The translations under genes were made by a program, and so were the position numbers. 64,000 bases of DNA from a virus. Below are positions 47,201-56,200 of this stretch, one piece after another. The notes under the pieces were generated by a model. It was not told the origin of the DNA, made no database searches, and was given only the letters and a program-made list of their open reading frames with translations. The stretch is taken from the IMG/VR virus record IMGVR_UViG_3300025636_000001, positions 1-64,000 of that record, one strand, 5' to 3'. Numbering within the stretch: the first letter of the stretch is position 1; the number at the start of each line of letters is the position of its first letter.

Positions 47201-50200
47201 AGGGAATATTGCAGTTGATCCATAATATACAGGTAAGAAATCAACAACCTTTGAAGCCATTGAAGAGTGTTTATCTTGTGTAGGTATCCTAACAGCAAAC
47301 ATCTTAGCTACAGAATCAGGTACATCTTTAATATTTTTATTTTCTAAATAACGCATCACTTCTTCATGATGAGCAGGCATTAGTGTTTCAGCATATCTGA
47401 CATTAGTTGGCACCCAAGTTGAAGGATCATTTGGATTAACCATATTATATTCTTTCATGTCATAACGCAATCTATCTAAAACAACAATTGGTTTAGAAGG
47501 ATCAGATTCAAGTTGTTGTTGTGCTGATTGTAAATCTTCAGCATTAGTTATATCTAATAACTTTTGACCATTATATTGGTTAGAGTTTTTTCTTCTAATA
47601 ACTCTTTGTTTATCTGGTCTACCCGTCTCATCAAATGAATATATCTCTCTAATAACTGGAACACCAAAGTCAGACATCAATGCTAAAGTAACACCTGGTA
47701 CTTTTTGAGACAATACTTTTTTACTAAAGTATGCCATAAAGAACTGTTCAAACTTCTGACTGATTATAGGATTATTTAATTCATATTTAGGTTTACCATC
47801 TTCTTCTGTAAAGAATTCTATTTCTTTACTACTTGCCGCAGATGATTTTAAGTTAGCCTGAGCTGTTTTAATAAAAGAATATAAATTAGGCTCAATATTC
47901 ATTTGCTCTAATACTTCTTCATCTAAGTGAGGTATTAAATCAAATATTAAATTCTTTTTACCAATATATTCAAAATCCAATCCTGCAGCTGTAAGCTTAT
48001 GATATTCACTTACAACATCAGCCATTGGCAGTTCAACACCATCAATAACAACTTTAAAGTCTTTATCATTTATATCTTGTTCAGAAGATATAATTGTTTT
48101 AATTTGACTAGGATCTGTTATTAAAAGTTTGTTTGAAGGGTTTACCATTTGTCTACCAAAATCTTTGGCGTCTAACAAGGTAACATGCTCTTCATTTAAA
48201 ACCATTGTTTCAGCAGTCATGCTTTCATTGTCAATGACATTTTGCTTTAACATTTTAACAGCTGACTCAGGAGCACCTATAGCAATCTTATCACCATTTT
48301 GAGACTCCCACCTTTCCATGTTTTCACGTAAGTTGTGCAACCTTTCCATTCCTACTTTAGCTACCCACGCACCTTCTTCATTTTGATAAGAGGTAAGTTC
48401 TTTTGTTAAGACAACTGTAGATGTTTTGATAAATGTTTGACCATTACCAAAAACATATTTTTTAGAATTTAATGGAGCATGCTTAGAGAATTTTTTTAAG
48501 TAATTATTAAACCACTCATTATCCACACTTTCCCCAGCTTCAATTTTATCATACATTTTAGCTAAGTCACTATTTAAGCTACCTAAACCAAATGCAGAAT
48601 AACGTGCACCTTTGATTGTTTGATATGATTGTGCATCAGCTTTATCACCACCATCTTCTGTTGAAGGATCTGTGAATGTAAACAATCCAATAGATTTATC
48701 ACCAAGTGTATGAGATATACCAAAAGAATCATCCTTTGGTAAGAAATCAAAAGCAATAGAATCATGAGCTGCGTTTTGCATCTTAGCTCTTTTTATTGGA
48801 TCTACTACAGCATCTTTAAATAGTTTAGCTTCTTCACCCAATATTAGTTCATTGATTGCCATTGTATTCAACCAGTTGCTAATAAAGATCTGAGCAAGGT
48901 TTGCTTTTTCATTCTTTCTAAATACATTAAGCTTTTCCATACTGTTTGAAGCTGCTTCTGTATCTGGGAATATACCTTTTGCGTGTTGTGATATACCTTG
49001 TAATTTTCCAGATGCTAGATCTTGGAACTCTTTTATATAATCTTTTAATTTATTATTAAGCTCTGTCTTGTATTCTTTGCTAAATACGTCATCAAAGTTT
49101 TTACCTTCAGCTGCTGCTTTAATTAATTCATTCTGAGTTTCTTCACTTATAAGTTCAGCACCCTTAAAGAATTTAAATCCACGTCCATTCTTACTATCAT
49201 TATAACCTTTTATGTTACCAGGTCCATTTAAATCATATTCTTGATTATTTTTCTGAATAACATTATATTCTGTTTTAAGTCTGTTAACAAACTGATCAAA
49301 TGCTTCAGGTGTCAATACAACATATTTACCATCTGAACTTAACTTAACACTTTTTATAATAGGTAGTCTTGTACTATCACCTGTGTTAGATGATTCAATT
49401 ATTCTTATAAATACTGGTGCTAATGCAACATTAGCTGCAGTTTCTACTTTGTTTGATTTTGTATTAAACCCTTCAAAGTAATTATTTATAAGGTTAGTTA
49501 CAAACTCAACAGAAGTAAACTTACCATACTTCTTACCTTGTATAGATCTTCTTGATAAGTCATCAGCATCTTGGAGATCCATTGACTCCATGTTTTCTGC
49601 AAGCATGTTTGAACCAGCCGTTCTAATTAACTGAAGTTGTTTGGATGCTGACAATTCTAAGAAAGCTTCTGAATTAAGTAAAGTATTATCAGGGAACTCT
49701 GATTGAAGTTTTCTAATAACCTCTTGATCAGATAACTGAATCATTCTTCTTGAATGTAGAGTTTGATTTTGATGTGCATATATTAGATTTCTTTCAGGAT
49801 CTTCAAACACAGTATTACCAACCGTCTCATCAAACTCTGCATTTCCTAATGCTATTTGTTTCAGCCTAGAGCTAATACCTTTTTCGGCATCATCAATAAA
49901 TAAATTCTCAGGTAGTGGTTTTGCTGTTTCTTTATCCTTACCTGTTAATTTGTTATTAATTAAAACTAAATCTTCTTTAGTAAGCAACCTTGCATTTCTA
50001 CCAATATCTTTTAGTGTTTCTTGATACTTAGTTAATTTACCAGATATAGCATTAGCTATACTAATTTCTATATAAAGAGGACTGAGTTTTATACCTAACT
50101 GATCATTAATAAGTTTAGAATACATTAAAGATTTAGCTCCTAGTTCTTTATTTGTAATTCTAGTTCTCTTCTCAGAGAAATTAGTCAAGTCTTTTAAAAG

Positions 50201-53200
50201 CATGTTTACACCAGAAACTGCTTCTCTTATACTAGCATTATCATTTCTAAATATTTCAAACTTATCATTAAATAACTTTTTCCAATAATCTATTTGAGCA
50301 TTAGCAGCATCCCTATTGGAAGCTGATATAATTCTAACTTTACCTGTGTTAGGGTCAGTTAATTGGAAAATGTAATCAAATCTAGCATTCTTAAATGTTG
50401 TCATAAATTGATTAAACAACATTGAGTTATCTATTGTATTTGGTATCTGACCTGTTTCTTGAAATTCATTTATATCAATACCTGTTACTCTAAATAATTC
50501 ATCTATTACAGCAGCCGTGTTTTCATTTCTACGTGAGAAGTAATACATCTTCTCTAACATTTTTGCATCACTGGTTTCATTCATACCAGCTAACATTAGA
50601 CCGTTATAAACATCTACATGATTTACAGGAACTCTTATTGGTGTACCATCCATCAATTCAACGTTACCAAACATATCTTTAGATTGTATGGATACACCTG
50701 CTATAAAGGTTCTTACTTCTTTTGTAGCTGAGTTATAACCACCGGTCTGATTAGCATCTTTAGTATAGTCACCAACCTTTCTTGATCCATAGTCATCCTC
50801 ATCTTCTTCAAGCTGCTCATCCATCTCATCAAACTTGAGATTTAAAATATCAAGATATTGAACAACAGATTCTTTGACAGCTTTACCATCTTGAAGATTA
50901 AGTGCTTCATTTAGTTGTTCAACAGTATCTAATTCAACGTCAGAAAGACTTGCATAGATATCTCTCTCTGAATCATAAAGATCTGCAAAATCAATAATGA
51001 TAGTATCTAATAACTCTTCATCTTGCAACTCACTATAATCTGATTGACCTCTTTTTAAAACAAATATCTGTCCAATCATTCTTGTAAGAATATCTGCTTT
51101 TGAAGGATCTAAATATTTAGCTGATTTTAATTTATTACCTCTTATAATTTTATAAGGTATTGCTTTAAATGCATCTAGGGCTACACCAGACTCTAAAGAT
51201 CTTGTGTATTGATTATCTAATATTTGACCACCTCTGTATTTACCTGCATCAATTCTTTCATAAAATAAATCAAGTTCATTTTTTCTGAATGATTTTAAAA
51301 CAGACTTAATCCACTCAACAACACGGTTAAAGAAACTCTTAATTGCTGAGCTAGTTTTAGTACTTCTTGGGTTTGTTTTAAAAGCTTGGAATTGATCTGC
51401 CATATACTCTTCCAAGTATTCACGTTCTAAAGCTTGTTTAGATAGTGCTCTATACTTTGGATGTCTATTTGCAAATCTGCTAATGTCTTCTTGTAAAGCT
51501 TCAGTTGTTTTAAACTTCTTTCTTACTTCATCTTTAGCAAGTTTTAATAATCCGTTTTGCTCTTCAGTTGTAAGTAACATTCTAAATATAGCATGGAAAG
51601 ATTCATGATAACCTATACCATTAGACGGACCCGTATAAATAGTACCTTCTATATTAAGACCACCAGCAATATTTCTCAAAGCCATTGTAAACTGACCTAC
51701 AGTTGTACCTGTACTTTTAAGACGTGACTTAATCTCAGATAAATCTTTGATCTTAATAAAATCAGGTAAGTTCTGAGCTGCCCATTCTAAGAACTCATCT
51801 ATAGACTCTTCTTTCTGTAAAGACTCAGAAGGATCTAATATCTTAAATGCACTCTCATCAGTACTTCTTCTTTCTAGTTCATCCAGTTGATCCATCAAGC
51901 TGACATACAACTCAGAATTTTTTCTAAGAGTTGCTTGATGTTGACCGGTTCTTTTAGCTTCAGCAGCTATACGTCTCTTCTCTTTTTTTATTGCAGCTTC
52001 TACTTCAGCTATTTCTTCCTCTAAAGATTTAGATTCTTCAACAGGTTTTTGATATGATTTACTCATGATAAGCAATTCAAGCTCATCACTATTCATTTTT
52101 AATATCTCTTGTTCTCTAGCATCTAATGAGTCTCTACCTTCTTGGACTACTTTATTTACAATAGCAACTTTTATTGATCTAGGTAGATCTTTAAAGTCAT
52201 TACTTTTAAATTCATTATAACGCTCATCACTCATTTCTTGCAAGCTGTTATCTTCTTGTAATAACTCTTCTGCACGTTTTTGCTCTAATATTTTATTAAT
52301 CTCCGCTACCTTATCTTGGAATATAGCCTTCTCTTCTATTGTAAGAGAGTTAGGGTTATTAACATATTTGTTTGCTATCCTTTCTAAAGTTTCTTGTGAT
52401 ACAATACCTTTAGCAACAAACTGAGTATATTCATCAGACTGTGTGTTAACTGGTTTTGATGGTTGTACCATTTCAAGACCCTTAACCATTTCATCAGTTG
52501 TATCAAGCTTTACTCTAACACCTTTAAGAACACGTGGATCTAAGTTTGTTTTGGTGCTACTAAGCATTTGTTGTAAAGATGCCGATAATGGGAAAGTTTC
52601 TCTTATATTATTGTCCCCAAAGCTAAATGGATATTCAACTGTTTTATTAAACTTTATAATCTTTTCATTTTTATTAAGCAATGAATATAAAGTTAAAATG
52701 TCATCAGGGTTTAATCCATCTAGTTCAGATGCTTTAAAACTTTCACTTACTGTAAAACCTGTTTCATCTACTTTAAATCTTAAATAAATATCTCCTTTTG
52801 ATGAAACGTTTAAATCTAAATATGATTTTACTGATGGATTAGTTGCACTGAAAAATTTATTATTAAATTGCTTATTCCAATCAAGTAAAGACATGCTCTT
52901 TTTTGTAGCACCAACCTTAGTAGTTGTTTGTGGTGCTGATTCTAAAGCAGCTAATTCTGCATCATATTTAGCATTAATTTTGTTAGTATTTGTTACACCT
53001 TCTTTAAAATTATCTAATTCATTTAATAATGCAAACAATTCATCTCCTAAAAATTCACCTCCAAAAGGTAAAAGTTGAGTTAGTTTATTTTTATATTTAG
53101 AATCAACTACCTTATCTCCATTTACAAAAGACATTTTTAATATTTTGTTTTCTAAATTTTCTTTTGTAGGAATATTATTTAACTCTTCTTGCCTTCTTTT

Positions 53201-56200
53201 TTCTATATCAGCTTTTTTAGCTTCAATATTAGTTGTTTGTTGTCTTGGTTGTTGACCACTTTTAGAATCTCTAACTTCTTTAGCTTTTTCTATAAGTTCA
53301 GTAAATAATTCATTACGTTCATCTACTTCTAATTTTCTAGGTTTTAATCTAGCTAATACAATTTTACCCGTAAGCGGATCTTTTATAATACCAACATACC
53401 CACCTTTTGACAAAGCTTTTCTAAACATGTTAGACCCTTCTTTGGATTTACTATCAGATGCAGGTGTTGATTCAAGATCTTTAATAAGCTTCTGTATAAA
53501 AGCTTCATTCTCTTTAGGATCTTCAATATCTGTTTCAAATCTTTCTCCTACTGTGTCTACGTTTCTTGTATTAACTATTACAACCTTATGTCCATCATAT
53601 GTATTCTGTGCTAGATCATCATATGAGTTATCATAGTTTTCTGTATCCTCATACTGACCACCTGTTACTTTAACTGAGAAACCTAGTTCTTCTAAGTCTG
53701 CTATAGTAATAGCAGCATTAGTTTTGTCTTTCATGAACTCATCAATCTTCAAAGTAAAGTAGTCTTGCTTAAGCATTTCATTTCTTAATTCAGAAACGCT
53801 TACACCTGTAGGTGTTATATACCTATCAATTACTTTATCTTCAAGCTGGCTAATCTTTACAATTTCTTTTGGATTACCGTTTTTAGTAAATCTAAAATGA
53901 TCATTTCTTATAAAACCAATAGAACCATCCCAATTTTGAGGATAGTCAAAACCATCCATATTTTTAGCAATCTCTTCTCTTAATACTTCAGGTATAAATA
54001 CTTCTATTGAATATTTATCACCTCTAACAATAAGCTTGTTTTCAGTTGTATCATCACCAGCTCTAAGAAAATTAGATGATTGATTTGGATTTGGTCTTAT
54101 TCTTATTTCTAAAGCAGAGATTTGCTCAGGAGATAATAAAGACAAAACCTTATTAAGTCTTAGAGCTGAATCTGCATCAACTGCACCAAATGATTTAGGA
54201 TATAAACCATTTACTTCACCTGGTAATAATTTTACAGCATCTGTTGAAAGCTTAACACCTTCAAATGTTTCTTCAACCTTTGTATATATGTCTGAGAATC
54301 CTGCTTCTTCAACTGTAAAAGATGCAAGCGTTTTATCGTTGCCCTCAAGATCTTTTTTATCTAAAGCAATTAATTCAAGCTTTGCTGCATTTTTAGCAGA
54401 AGTTGAAGTACCAAGAACTACAAATTTATTTCCATCTACATCTTCTACAACATCTAAATTTACTAGCGTTGTACCATCAAAGTTAAATGGTGTTGTGTCA
54501 GGCATTAGTTTCTTTAATTCATCAAAAGCTTCAACAGCCTCATCAAAATTTGTAAATGCTGCCTTGTCTAATCCAGCCAATTCCAAAAGATCTCCGGATA
54601 AAGTATCACCGTTATTATCAGTTAGAACATATATTGTTTCTCTCAACTCAGAAGCATCTTCATTATCAATAGAATCAATACTAGCTATTTCTTTTTTAAG
54701 AATATTTACACCAGGTCCTTTATCAGCCCATTCCATTAAAGGATCATTCTCAACAACTGAGTCTAATCCTTCATTAGTCTCATTTCTTTCTATATCAGCT
54801 GCTTTTAATCCAGCAAATTCAAGGGATCTGTATACAAAAGTATCATCCTTTTGATCAAGAATCCATTGTTGAAAGCCTTCTTCACTTTTAGTAATATTGT
54901 TTTTAGCTTGCTCTGATAAAGCTTTATTGCTTTCTGAGGCTAGCCATATACCTTTAATTTTTTCTAACCCTGCAACAGCGTTAGTTCCTTCTTTTGTATT
55001 AATCCAATCTGCTTTGCTAAGTATTGTTTTTTTACCTAACTGTTGTTTTTGTTTATACTTTAAATATAAATCATCCAATAACAATTTTGAAAAAGGAGAT
55101 TCATTTTCTTTTAAAATATCAACACCCTCTTCAACATTTGCAATAGGACTATCAGAAGTTAATTTTAAATATTCATTTAACTCTGATGTTTTATTTGAAC
55201 TTGTATCTTTCTGATTAACATCTGTTTTTTCTTCTTCAGCTTTTTTATCAGCATTTTCAGTTTCAAACTTTACTCTATTGTAATTATCAATAAGTGTTTG
55301 TATTTTCTGATAAAGTTCATTGTTATTAGATTTAAAAACTTTACCAGCTTCAGTATAAAAATCTGTTAATACAGATGTATCACCAGTCTCCATAAATTTA
55401 ATGGACTGTTCTGTATCTGCATACACACCTCCGTTTTTATTTTCACTACCTATACCAGCTAGAGCTTCAAGTAAAGAAACTCTTTCTTGATTTTGAATAC
55501 CTTTTATGACACTCTTCTTAAAATCAGCTTTAATATTATTAAAACGTGTTAAGAATATTTCACTAAGTCTATCTGACATTTCAGTAAACTTAACATTATC
55601 ACTAAACATAGAAACACTACGGGCATATACTTGAGCTCTCTTGTCTAAATAACTGTGATCTACTAACTGCTTTACCAAGTATGATAACTTAGCATCATCA
55701 ATCATTGCACCTTTTGATACAGCCTCAATATATGATTTAAGTGGAGTTTTTAAATTTTCCATCTTATCTCTATCATATACATCTGAGTCTTTATCATATA
55801 TACCTTCTAGAGTTGTTAAGTAACCAGCTAGAGCTACTAGTTTATCTTCCTTATCAGTAAGAATTTTTTTATCTACATTTTCAGAATCCTTTAAAACTCT
55901 TATCTCATCTGACAATAAAGCTATTTCTCTTTGTATAGAATCAACAGCTAACAATGGTGTAAGGTCATTAACATCAGTACTACCTTCAACTGTTGAAAGT
56001 TTTAATGCTTGTTCAATAGCATCTCTTCTGTTTGCTGCAGATTTAAAAGATTCTTTACTAACTAGATAAAGCAAACGTCCGTGTTCTACAGCACTGTATT
56101 TTGCCAACTCTGCATTAAATTCCTTTGTACCTTTATCAAATCTTTTAAAAGCATAAGGGTTTTGTATAACATCAAAAGATGCATCATAATCTTTTTTAAA

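Noticed and set aside
54288-55214. Plus-strand ORFs of 188 and 105 aa opposite the vRNAP, and similar antisense ORFs elsewhere
   Set aside because: Ser/Leu/Phe-rich shadow frames of real genes with no motifs
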